The notes beneath the pieces were generated by a model. The model had not been told where the DNA came from. It searched no databases and saw only the letters and a program-made list of their open reading frames with translations. This document shows, in pieces, positions 11,948 through 23,559 of a DNA stretch of 64,000 bases; the first letter of the stretch is position 1, and each line of letters begins with the position of its first letter. The position numbers and the translations under genes were made by a program. The stretch spans positions 41,358,238-41,422,237 of the forward strand of contig NC_068981.1 in assembly GCF_001194135.2 (NCBI RefSeq), in the 5' to 3' direction. Source of the stretch: Octopus bimaculoides (lineage: Eukaryota).

Positions 11948-12005
11948 TTGGGGAAATTTCAAACCTGAGTTCCCATTCCTAAGGTATTTTTCGATGTTGT
12001 TGTTG

Positions 12006-12059
<54 letters not shown>

Positions 12060-12212
12060 TCACTGCCTGGCATATGGCGTAGTGGTTAAGAGCATGGGCT
12101 ACTAACCCCAAGATTCCGAGTTCAATTCCAGGCAGTGACCTGAATAATAATAATAATAATAACATTGAAAAATACCTTAGGAATGAGAACCCAGGTTCGA
12201 AATTTCCCCCAA

Positions 12213-12255
12213 GACACCTGATGAAAGCTGGAGGGTATATCAGCTGAAACGTGTT
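12213..12255 (+). ncRNA. Minimal hammerhead ribozyme motif, right copy (3-nt deletion at the cleavage site)
   Basis: GACAC-CTGATGA-A-AGCTG-gagggtatat-CAGCT-GAAA-C-GTGTT. Confidence 0.7.
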
Positions 12256-12996
12256 AACAACAAACAAGATGAGGAAAAATATCCGTCAGATGTAAATAAT
12301 GTATTTTTATCTCAAAGAAACACTTCTAACCCAAGTTCTCCAGCAATTGTACATGTAGACTCTAATACTACCATGCTAACATCTCTTTCATGAGAATAGA
12401 CATCTGTCTGTCATACATATTGATCAGAATAACCTCGTAAGCTATTTCAACATGGAATAAAGTTAAATATACATACCTCATCTTAAATATTATTAGCCAA
12501 ATCCAACAAATAAAGGGTTACTAATAGTATGACATCTTTTAGTTTATAGTAGTAAAATTGATATTAAAAATTATGAAACATAACCTTTACCATTCAGGTT
12601 ACTCTGTCAAATATAGTGCTTATTTACTCATATTGTCTTAAATTTATCATACATTATTTTGTAGATTCAAGATTTTGATGATGTAATTGTTTATATTTAA
12701 AATGACATCGTAGAGTAGGCATGAGAAACTAGATCTGGCTGTTTTGAACTTAAAACAGTTGGAATATTTTGGCTGGATATGGCCAGTTTAAATGCTAAAG
12801 GGTTTAACCCTGTTCTAAAATAATTTGTGGTTCACACAAAAACTGAAAAAAAAAAAATACTTCAAAATAATTGTTTCTTTTTTTAATTAAATAAAATCAG
12901 AATATCATTTTATTTTTTCTCTCTAGTAAAATCAAATTTAAGGCAATCAAGTGGATTACTCAGTAACTGTTTATGAAATTTAAATGTAATAATTAC

Positions 12997-13068
12997 CTGT
13001 TCAAGTGTCTGTGAAGGATGGATGCGGTAATCAATTACAGCTTCAGCTGAGTCAGAAAGCACATTATC
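12997..13068 (-). CDS. PM20D1: PM20D1-like exon 9 (72 nt)
   Basis: tttaag|...|gtaatt, phase 0/0. Encodes DNVLSDSAEAVIDYRIHPSQTLEQ. Confidence 0.92.
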
Positions 13069-15218
13069 CTTAAAACAAAGTAAATGTAAGTTGTATAAAA
13101 ACATATAAAATAATAACTCAAAACCAAAACAATGAATAGGAATCTAAATAGAAAGAACTGAGGATAGACACCTGTGTCTTCTTTTATCTATCATTGTTAG
13201 AGGAAGCTATTGCATTGAGCTTGAGTTTATAATTGTGTATATGCTATTTCTTGCATAAGATAGAAATTTATTGAGAATTTTTTCTCATGCAAGCTAACAA
13301 AGTTTGCATCAAATCTATGATACAAGCTTTGTCAGTTGGCATGTGTTAACTTGCCCCTGGCCCCAAGATGACTGTTTGACCTACTAGGAACAGCAGCCAA
13401 TTCTCTCTTATATTATACCAGAGACCTTAAAAACGTTGGGGTGGGGATCATTATATTTTTTTTAAATGGTATTGTCACAGCTGGAATGCCTTTGATCACA
13501 GGTTTGTTCAATCGAAGTTATAAATAGAGGAATTAAATATCTTCTCTGAGAACACAATACAGCATCAGAGATGAGATACGAACCACTAACTTTTTACCTA
13601 GCAGTAGACTGACAGCTAGTAGTCAATGTATATATCTGTATTCCAGCAAAACACGTAAAAATCACAAAAATCTCAATGGCTATCTATATACAAAACTAAC
13701 AAGTACTGTCATCAGCTAACTATTAACATGAGTACAAACATTTATTTATACAATGATTTAACTGTAAGTCACCAGTGAAAAACTGAAATGAAAAACAAAC
13801 AAAAACCATCCATTGACAGTGTTTTGTAGCTCCAAAGAAGACTTGTTGCACAAACATGTAAAATATACTGATCTACAAAAAAAATAATAAAGCAAATATA
13901 TCCTATCCTTGCAAATATGAAATAAAACATTTCCAAATTAAATTTTAAATAAAAGTGGTATGGCAGACTGAAAAGAATTGTGGATATTGAGAACAGAATA
14001 TCCAGTTCACAAATTGTTTGTCTTTTAAAACAATTTACCAAAGTATATCATAATTCTGATTTATTTTCAAAATTTTAATCATTTTTTACATCCACTCTTT
14101 TAGAGTGTTTCAAAATATTCAGACATTGAAGTGACTTCTTGAGGTCAAATATTTCATTGTATTGTTGAACTTTCCTTTCTAATAATGGCTATATCCAGTC
14201 ATTCAATGAATTCAGTATCAATTTTTCAGCAGGTCCAGTCAGACATGTAAACACATATATTTTTTATCTAACTCATGAACTTTGATCCAATAGTTCATTA
14301 TCTTAAATATTCACCAGTTATGTTGTAAATTCAAAAATAACTATTTAGCTTTTATCTCTTGTCTCGGTAATTGGATATCAGCCATGCTGGGGCACTATCT
14401 TGAAGGGTTTTAGTAGAATCAGTCGGATACTTATTCAATGTCTCTTTTTGCTGAAACACTAATCTGTGAGGATGTAAACAAACCAGCATTGTTTATCAAA
14501 AGATAGTTGGGAACAAAGACACATACACACAGGTATAGGCATATATATGACAGGCCTCCTTCAGTCACCGTCTACCAAATCCACTCACAAGGCTTTGGTT
14601 GGTTTGGGGCTAGAATAGAAGACACTTGCCTAAGATGTCAGGCAATGGTACTGAACCTAGAATCATGTAACTGAAAAACATATCTTTAACCACAAAGCCA
14701 CAAAAAAATAATTTCTTAAAATAATAATAATAATAATAATGATAATAATGAAATTATTGTGTATAGTGCTCAGGTGCACTACAACTCATCAAAGGGGCAC
14801 AGGTACACAGAATTATGTACAAAAGTCAGGAAAGTGAACAGTGTATGAGTCATGATATACGTGTGTGCATGCATATGGAGGGGGGATATCAGGTGTAGTG
14901 TTGGCGAATTTCAGGAAGCACGGAGGTTTTAAAGGATCCAATGTTGTTTGTTTAATCTTTTTTTGTCTCTAAATAAATATAAAATTTCCTTCATTCTCTT
15001 TTGATGATAGAAATTTAACTGAGAAAAGAAACCGAGCTTAATTACCAAGTTAGAGCAGAGTTATCTCCCATACTGACGCACTGCAACATCGATGTAGCTT
15101 ATAGTTCAACATGCCAGAAATAGTAGCCAAATCTCCTTGAAAATCACATCTAATTGTCTAGATAATGCAATCTAGGAAAACAAGTTATGGGATGGTCATG
15201 GCAGAAAAGTCTTTCATT

Positions 15219-15890
15219 ATTGTGTTTATTGACTATCGTCAAAAGGGCTACACTATCAATGCAGAGTACTATGCCAGCTTGCTGAGTCAGTTATGAAAGA
15301 TTATCAAGACCAAATGCCCAGGAAAACTGTTGGAAGATTCATCAGGACAATGCTCCAGCATACAGTATTTGCTTTCAATGGCTTCTGTGCATGACTGTAG
15401 CTTTGAACTGGTTAATCACCCTCCCTATTCTCCTGATTTGGCCCCATCTGACTATCATCCGTTACCCAACACGAAAAACATTTGGCTGAGAATCAGTATC
15501 ATGGTGAATAATTGTGAATAATTAGGTATCAGAGGTGGCACCCATCGAGCAGAAACCTTCATCATGCCAAGTTCATTATGCAGAATATTCTCAACTCATA
15601 AGAAATGCTTATAGTATTGACTATTTGATTTATCATCAGTCACCATCCCTCACCATTAGGTGAATATGATCAATGTTTTCCTTGGTTGGGGCAGTTGTAG
15701 GACATCCAGACCTTGAGTCATATTGAAGATTCTCCCTTCCCCTCCCAAATTCAACTGGAGCATCATCCTGTAATGTAGCAACTATGTCAACATAATTGTC
15801 CTTGGGAGCTAAAGCATTTTCTGCAGGTCCTTGATAACGCCACAATGCCAAATTTTGTCCATTTTCAAGAGAAGTAGCTACTAGTTACTT
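15219..15890. mobile_element. Rearranged mariner relic: C-terminal half on + (15219-15507), N-terminal half on - (about 15530-15890)
   Basis: IVFIDY..KGYTINAEYYASLL, HQDNAP, HPPYSPDLAPSDYH on +; MDKIWHCGVI...SGCPTTA on -. Confidence 0.85.
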
Positions 15891-16855
15891 AGTTATTCTT
15901 GAAGTCCTGGGAATATACAGCAACGTCTGGCTTGTCATTAATAGCAATAGCAGTTAAAGGACGGAAGTCATAAATCTTAGTTACGTCCCCTTACGTTGTG
16001 AGTGTAGATTCCATCTAGGTCACGTTTTCATCTATTTTCCTGAGTTTGACTATTGTAGCCTTGAATTTATGTTAGAAAAAAATCATTATTATCAGAACGA
16101 TTAGTATTATAAAATAAAAGATTATTATTAGCATGATGGAGTGATACAATATTTTGTGGTATTCAATGACTTTCCTTTGCGTTCTGAACTAAAACTCCCA
16201 CCATAGTCAATTTTTGCCTTTCCTCCTTCTAGAGTTAATAAAAATGAATCAATTTTATTATCCCCTAAAATTTTTGGTCTTTAGAAACAGTTATTAACAT
16301 TGTGACATAGGGAAAGACAGGATTTCTATCAAATAAACTCTGTTGATTTCTCTGAAATGTAAGCTGATGGATACATGGCTTTGTGGACTCACTTAAGACT
16401 AAACAAAAACTGACAGATTGTCTTAAAACCTGTAACTAGATAGTTTTATCTCCCAGCACATTATCACCTACACCCTGGTCCAACACCATAACTCATAAAT
16501 GTGCCAATGTGATCATTTAATCTGTTAAAAAGAATAGCCAAATCTTCATCAAATTACACATGGCCTTAAAAAATTGGGAAAGGAAATGGGATAACCACAG
16601 TTCAAATGCATTTCAATCATAAGTCTGTTTCATTGAGGTTGATCTGGGAAAAAACAAGACAAATTTTGCTCAATTGATTTTTGTGAACCTGGTAACCAAT
16701 TCACCACATCATATGAATGTCTTTCCTTTCCTGGTCATGATCTAGACCCAATAAAAGAAGTACAGATAATATCTTAATTAGCTGTTTTAATTAACTTTGA
16801 AATATTCTATATCATTGTAGTTCATATCAAAAGAAAAAGTTACCAAACTATTTAC

Positions 16856-16934
16856 CTTTATTCCAGCATTAAACTTGGTTACAGCATTCACAGTCCTGAT
16901 AAGAGCATTTGTTTGTGGTTGGCGAGACAAAACC
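16856..16934 (-). CDS. PM20D1: PM20D1-like exon 8 (79 nt)
   Basis: tttaag|...|gtaaat, phase 2/0. Encodes VLSRQPQTNALIRTVNAVTKFNAGIK. Confidence 0.92.
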
Positions 16935-17094
16935 CTTAAAGGCAAATAAAATTCAGACATTAAATAAGGAGGTTCATGTAGACAGCTATTATTTTATCAA
17001 TGTCTAGTGAGCTATTTTTTTTTTTTTTTCACTCATGAAATTTTCTTAGGCAATGTGAAATTGTATTAACATTAATTACTATTCACATATTGCA

Positions 17095-17620
17095 ATGTCA
17101 GTGTGTATGTACGACATAGTGTAAACATCTTGAGAGAAAAATTGGGCATAAAGGCATCAGATGTGGTGTGCAAGAGAGAAGATTGTGCTGATATGGTCAT
17201 GAGATGTGTATGGATGAGGACAGCTGCGTAAAAAGTGCCGATCTCTAACTGGAGGGAACCTGTGGAAGAGGTAGTCTCAAGAGGATATGGAACAAAGTGG
17301 TGAAGCATGATCTTTGACTGTTGGGTCTCATGGAAGCGATGACAGGTTATCAAGACCTTAGGTGATTTGCTGTGCTTGAGAAGACTCACCAAGCCAAGTG
17401 AAATTGTAGTCATGAACAGTGTCAGTGACATGTAAAAAGCACTAGTGCCAGTGACACATTAATGGCACTCATGTTGGTGACACATAAAACGTACCCACTA
17501 CACTCTTAGAGTGGTTGGTGTTATGAAGGGTATCCAGCTGTAGAAACCAAACCAAAATCAGTTCTAGTCAAACCATCCAACTCATGCCAGTATGGAAAAT
17601 GGATGCTCATTGATGATGAT
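17095..17620 (+). mobile_element. RTE-clade LINE 3' fragment (ORF2 C-terminus, 3'UTR, (GAT)n tail), degenerate
   Basis: LREKLGIKGIRCGVQERRL.*YGH.M.MDEDSCVKKCRSL..., ending in gatgatgatg. Confidence 0.8.
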
Positions 17621-18053
17621 GGGGATATTTTCAGGTATAATAAGACTATAAACTTAAAAATAACTGACTGAAATATAATCGAATTGGGAATAATGAAGTG
17701 ATTAAATAAATGTGTAAATATCTAAGTCTTTTGTACAATCGTTATTTTATTGTGTTGGTTTTGTTCTTCATGTAAAAAAATAGAAGCCAAATAGTCAACT
17801 ATAGAATTAAAAATACCCTTAACATAATCTTAATATGTGACTGAAAATAATTAAGAGATACTAATGACTAAAATGCAATGTTTGTTAGAAAAAGAGGGGA
17901 AAACTTATCTGTAAGATACATTAAAAAGATAATAATTTTTGTAAACTAAGATGAAAAATATTATTTCCTGAAACCAATTTTGTTTCATAGTAAAATGGAA
18001 AATAAAATAGTATATAACTTAATTCCAATATACAACAGGTTTGGAAAACTTAC

Positions 18054-18115
18054 CATGACACAACAGGTCTGAATAACCAAAGATTGGACAGTACCATACG
18101 AGGTAGGAAAGGCAA
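18054..18115 (-). CDS. PM20D1: PM20D1-like exon 7 (62 nt)
   Basis: gaacag|...|gtaagt, phase 0/2. Encodes LPFLPRMVLSNLWLFRPVVS(W). Confidence 0.92.
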
Positions 18116-18574
18116 CTGTTCAAAATGAAATTAAAATAAAGTGACAAAATTACATTAATCTTAATACATTTAATCACTAAAATTCACTGGGTTTATACAT
18201 TTATCTGTCTTTTTATCAATACAGATTTATTTATTTTTATCCTTTTATCATGAGAGATCTTTTCCATAACCTCTAAGAATGGTGGCAGGGAGGGAGAGAG
18301 GAAGGTATCCTCAAACCATAGATCTGGCCTGAATGTTTGCATGAGGGTGGATTCTGCTAAAGGTAACCAAAGGTCAGGTAGTGGTATTAAACAGGAAGAC
18401 AGATTAAGTTTACCACCTATTTACACTGGAACAGAGATTGTATGCCTAAAACCAATGCTTATTATTTTTAATTGGAACAAAATTTGTTGCCGTGGAATTG
18501 TAGACAAATTAAAATACCCATTAACTAGTAACTTCGCAAAAATTTAATATCGACAAGGGTTGACTGAAAAATTC

Positions 18575-19650
18575 AAAGGCTGGCCAAGATACTCTCATGG
18601 AAAGTGACTGAATGAGATTTATTTTTCAACATAGTCCCCCTTGTGGTCCACACATTTCTTCTATTAGTGTTGCAGTGCTTAAATCTCATTGGTGAACAAG
18701 ATTCCATCCGGTTGTTAAAAAAAATCATCAACAGCAGATATGATCTCATCATCACCATGATACTGATTCTCAGCCAAATGTTTTTCATGTTGGGTAACGG
18801 ATGATAGTCAGATGGGGCCAAATCAGAAGAATAGGGAGGGTGATCAACCAGTTCAAAGCTACAGTCATGCACAGAAGCCATTGAAACCAAAGACTGTGTG
18901 CTGGAGCATTGTCCTGATGAATCTTCCATCAGTTTTCCTAAGCATTTGGTTTTGATAATCTTTCATAACTGCCTCAGCAAACTAGCATAGTACACTCCAT
19001 TGATGGTGTAGCCCTTTTGATGATAGTCAATAAACACAATGTTTCTTGCATCCTAAAAAACTGAGACCATCACATTCCTTGCACATAAAACAACCTTGGC
19101 CTTCTTTGGAGCAGGTGAGGAGAGGTGTTTCAACTGCATGGATTGTCCCTTTGTCTCTGGCTGAAAGTGATAAAACCAACCAGCTGGATCTGCTTCAAAC
19201 AATGTCAGATTTTCCCTTGTGATCAGTCTGGTGTGCTCTTGATTAAATATCAGATGTGGCACCCACCAAGCAGAAACCTTCATTATGCAGAGTATTCTCA
19301 ACTCATAAGAAATGCTAATAGTATTGACAATTGGATTTATTATCAGTCACCATCCCTCACCATGTGGTGAATATGATCAATGTTTTTCTTGGTTGGGGCA
19401 GTTGCAGGACATCCAGGCCTTGAGTCTTGTTGAAGATTCTCCTTTCCCCTCCCAAATTCAACTGCCCAGTTTTACAATGTTGATAAAACTGGAGCATCAT
19501 CCTGTAATGTAGCAGTTATGTCAATATTATTGTCCTTAGGAGCTAAAGCATTTTTCTGCAGGTACTTGATAACACCATATATGCCAAATTTTGTCCATTT
19601 TCAAGAGAAGTAGCTACGAGTTACTTAGCTTCCTTTGAAGTCCTTTTTGA
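18575..19650 (-). mobile_element. Near full-length degenerate mariner (D,D34D) transposase copy
   Basis: MDKIW..., KVSAWWVPHL, WFYHFQPETKGQSMQ, KKAKVV, HPPYSSDLAPSDYH, with stops and frameshifts. Confidence 0.88.
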
Positions 19651-20386
19651 ACAGTGTGATGTCAGTTAGTTTAACCAGAAAGAAATAATGCATTTATTAA
19701 TAAGAAGAACTGAAATTAATGCCTGCAAGATTTCATAGCTCTAGTATCACTCCTTCAAAGTCAGCCTATGAACATTTCAGCCCACCCTTGTATTTTACCA
19801 TATTTCCAGTATTGATCAACGTGTGGTATTCTCCTTTATACCCAGGTTCTGAGAACCTTTTCCAGTTGATCAAATTCTTTTGTTACTATACACTATATCA
19901 ATACAAACAAACTATATTCAAATTAGGTTTTCATGTAGAAGAAAAAAAACATCTTTACTGTTAATAAGGTTTTGCAATTTTCTTATTCTCTTTCAACTTA
20001 AGTGTTATGATATCTTCCTTGTTAAGCTGAATCGCAAGATTCATGTGTTTCTTTCCTACATGTTCTTTAAATGGAATACATAAAATTTTTTTAATAGTTT
20101 TTATATAATCAGTGATGGAAAAGGAGGGCATTCCTCTAATTTTCAGCTTATAGGGGAGAGCGCTTATAGTATCTAACCCTCACCACCTTTCCAATCACAG
20201 CCTCACAGATCTTCGCATGCCCCAAGTTTATAAAACTTATTTCCCTCATTGCATATAATACTCAGTTATGCTTATATATAAACCAGTTCTCCCTTCTCAT
20301 TTATACATATATACACAGAAAATAATATTGAGAATTTAAACCCTTATCAAAACAAGAAACTATAAATAAAACTTTTAAAATCCTAC

Positions 20387-20462
20387 CTTAGGAGCAAGAT
20401 GTTCAAACATAGCTCGTTCTGCTCCAGTACCAAACAAATCAGGTTGTGGATTTGATTCAATT
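20387..20462 (-). CDS. PM20D1: PM20D1-like exon 6 (76 nt)
   Basis: ttatag|...|gtagga, phase 2/0. Encodes IESNPQPDLFGTGAERAMFEHLAPK. Confidence 0.92.
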
Positions 20463-20897
20463 CTATAAAGGATATTGTTTAAGTGTACAAAATTTAAATT
20501 AATTTAAAATTAATAGATTGATATTAATATCAATAAAAGCAGAGGGTTAGTAGAAATAATAAAGCGCTGGAATAAAGACCTTGTAGTATTTTAGTTATTT
20601 TTGTGTCCGTATGTTTTGACAGTATATATTATGCTGGTTGGGATGTCAATTTAATATTCCATCCTTCCTTGATTGCTTGATGCAAATAATAAACTGAGTA
20701 TGATCTAATTAACTATATCACCTACTCACATCCTGAGACCCTGGTGGAAGTTGAGGGTGGCTACTTTGAGTAAACTGTTATCTCCCAGACCTAATCTAAT
20801 TGATATTTTTTGAATTTTTAAAATACTCTTATTTCTGAATAGCATATTGTATTTTCTTTCCCTTTTATGTAAACTGTCAAATTTAACCCAAACACCA

Positions 20898-21016
20898 TGT
20901 GTGTGTGTCTGTGTCTGTGTGTGTGTCTGTGTATGCATACATGCACACACGCACACACACGCACGCACGCACGCACGCACACACGCACACACATGCACAC
21001 ACACACACACACACAC
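20898..21016. repeat. Compound (TG)n/(CA)n microsatellite
   Basis: Seen directly. One of many microsatellites; others at 9177-9254, 11996-12054, 25610-25660, 55495-55545 and 63185-63219. Confidence 0.95.
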
Positions 21017-21034
21017 AAGATGTAAGTTACTTAC

Positions 21035-21154
21035 CTGCGTATAGCAGTAGACAAAATGCCAATGACAGATTCAGGTGGAGGAATTGCTGAATGACCAGCT
21101 GTTCCATTGACAGAAAGTTTCACAATTGCTTGACCCTTTTCAACAACACCAATC
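21035..21154 (-). CDS. PM20D1: PM20D1-like exon 5 (120 nt)
   Basis: ttctag|...|gtaagt, phase 2/2. Encodes [39 protein letters not shown] (EKG and GHS motifs). Confidence 0.95.
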
Positions 21155-21599
21155 CTAGAAAACCAGGTAAAAATATTCAATGATTAGATTATTAAAAAAA
21201 GCATATCTTTTGAAAGCTCAATGCAAATTTTAAAGTTTCAAGCAAAAAATCCAAAATTTGTAAAAATACAGTAATGCCTCCATGTATATAATTCAACCAT
21301 AACTGATTTACTAAAGTTCTCAAATATACCTTGAAATGGTTGCAGTATCTGATTAATCCATAAAACAAGAAGTATGCTCAATCAAATCAGATGGCTTCAT
21401 CTTGAAAAATTATCTGTATGATTGAATCAAAATCTAAAGAGAAAAAGGGGAAAGAAATGGTTGTGAAGGTGGAATGTAACTAACAGGAACAGACAATTGT
21501 GGTAGTGATGTAATAGAAGGGCAGAGGGAAAACTGCTTCTAAGAGCTAGAAGTTATAATGTGCAGTTCACATGGCTTTCTTTGGGGTATAATCTGTTAG

Positions 21600-22778
21600 T
21601 ATGAGGAGTAGTAATACTGTTCCATATAAGGGATCATTATTGTATTATGGGTCTCAGTCGTGTTTTGTAGTGGTTCGGAAGTTCAAGCACTTGGGGTGAT
21701 TTTGAAAATCTTTATTTGCAAGTTGTTCATGATGAAAGAGGGTAAGATTTTTTTTCTTAATATAAGCAGAAGTTGTGTTTTGGTACTGATGAAAAAGATG
21801 AGGTTGTCATATTCTCATCAGAGGGGGTTTTCTAGGTTTCGGTTTACCAAACATTAGAGCACATCCAAGTCAATATAAGATAGTTCACAGAAAGTCTCTT
21901 AATGCATGTTGTGATAATGTAATCTGATAGGAACCTTCCATTCCGAGAGATATGAGAAGGATAGAACCTAAAAATGAGCAACTTAGCAAATAAATTTTCA
22001 TATCAAATAACGACTGGAAGCTTTGCAGATGTCAATTGTAATCATATTGTTTTCACTGGACTTCCTAAGGAAAGGAGTGACCATTTGTGACTTAGTAGAG
22101 CTGATCCCAGTAGATCTAGTTCTATAAAGCTGGAGAGGAGGTCACTGAAGATTAAATGATATTCAAGTTTTTAGAGAAGTTGATTGTTTTCATCACCCTT
22201 GGGATGTTGAAAGAGCAGCAGGTTGATATATTGTAGGTGCAGAGAGGTTTTCCCCTTATTAAGCATTGGATAGACTATTGTATATTTCCAAATATTGGGA
22301 TCCTTACAGAAAGACAAATATTGAAGTGTTTAGTGAGGATAGGGGTTAGCATTTGAGGATAATGGCACTGATCATTGTCTGGGAGTGCAGCCTAATTGAT
22401 ATGATGTAACCAGAAGCATTTTTGCACTTGGTATGTGTTTGTGTTGGTGTAACAGGTGGAGAGGACAAAGATTTTGAGGAGTTTTACCGAATGTGTACAT
22501 TGTAAAGTTAAAAGGAAAATGGGCAATAAATGTAATAAAAGTCTTTTCCACAAGATTGTTGTTTATGGAGACATTAAGGTGGGTGATGATGTTGAGGATT
22601 CCACAAAGTTGGTAATGATCTATCAATCTGAAGAATTAGCTGTAATTTGGAAGATTAGAGGGCTTGAATGCTGTGCATTGCTCCAAAGTATATTTTACTT
22701 TTTGGATGATAGTCTTGCATAAGTTGCTGTGGTGAGTAAAAGCAACATAGCTTGTGGAGAGGGTGGATTTTTACCAAG
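21600..22778 (-). mobile_element. Highly degenerate LINE (Jockey/I/CR1-like) RT relic
   Basis: Only faint motifs: IVYPMLNKGK, YRTRST, ITIDICKASS (resembles xIDFSKAFD). Confidence 0.35.
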
Positions 22779-23326
22779 NNNNNNNNNNNNNNNNNNNNNN
22801 NNNNNNNNNNNNNNNNNNNNNNNNNNNNNNTACCAAGTTTATTTTTCATTTGCTTGTATCGCTGTAGTACAATTGAATTATTTGGGGATTTGGTGCTATG
22901 TATTTTGGTTGAGTGAGAGATTAAAGGGACATATATAAGCAGACAGTTCCTGCTACCTGCTTTGCTATCTCAGATGAACCAGGTGAAACACATTTATTGT
23001 CAGGGATAGAATAAAACTTGCAGATTTCCAACCAGTTAGCTGACTTCATGTGCCATTGGCTTCTAGATTGTTGTGCAGTGTGAATGTGTGATGGAAAGCC
23101 TTGTTTTGGTTGTGGTTGAACAAGTCAATAAGTGCAGAAACAATGATAGTTAAAGCATGAATTTGACAATGAGAAAAAGATGAAATAACTGAGTTGTCTG
23201 CATGTAAATTACAAGTATGTATAGACTATAATACTAACTGTTAGAGAAAGTATCTCTCAGGATACCACATATTTCAGTGTATGCTACCTAAAAAATAAGT
23301 AAATAAAGGTCTGTAAATAAACTTAC

Positions 23327-23457
23327 ATGGCAACTGGATGTAAACCTTTAAAAAAATCTTTGACTATTGCGAGGCCTTCATCCAATAGATATTCCAACTG
23401 AACACCTCGACTTTCAAGAGTCTGAGCTATATGATATGCTCCATCATAGCCAGTAAC
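23327..23457 (-). CDS. PM20D1: PM20D1-like exon 4 (131 nt)
   Basis: tttag|...|gtaagt, phase 0/2. Encodes VTGYDGAYHIAQTLESRGVQLEYLLDEGLAIVKDFFKGLHPVA (LDEG metal ligand). Confidence 0.95.
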
Positions 23458-23559
23458 CTAAATGTAGTGAGATGATCACAGAAAAAAAAAAAAAAAAAAA
23501 TCCATCTATATCATGTAATTTTTACTAAAATGCAAAATATCCCCTCCCCTCTGTCTCAT

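Larger units (their letters stand above)
11821..12303. mobile_element. tRNA-headed SINE-like element with hammerhead tail (12071-12303, +) preceded by an inverted, 5'-truncated copy (11821-12070, -)
   Basis: A-box TGGCGTAGTGG at 12075-12085 and B-box GAGTTCAATTCC at 12118-12129. Arms 11854-12070 and 12128-12303 are reverse complements apart from scattered mismatches and an (ATT/GTT)n length difference. Confidence 0.8.

Noticed and set aside
12071-12135. tRNA gene (also 30740-30818)
   Set aside because: A- and B-boxes are present, but the cloverleaf and acceptor stem are imperfect and SINE bodies follow. These are SINE heads.
20726-21090. HT/CV-repeat ORFs (also near 898, 25365-25787, 63014-63417)
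   Set aside because: Translations of (CA)/(TG) microsatellites.
22771-22838. TACCAAG repeated on both sides of the 52-N gap
   Set aside because: Most likely overlapping contig ends (scaffolding artefact), not a target-site duplication.
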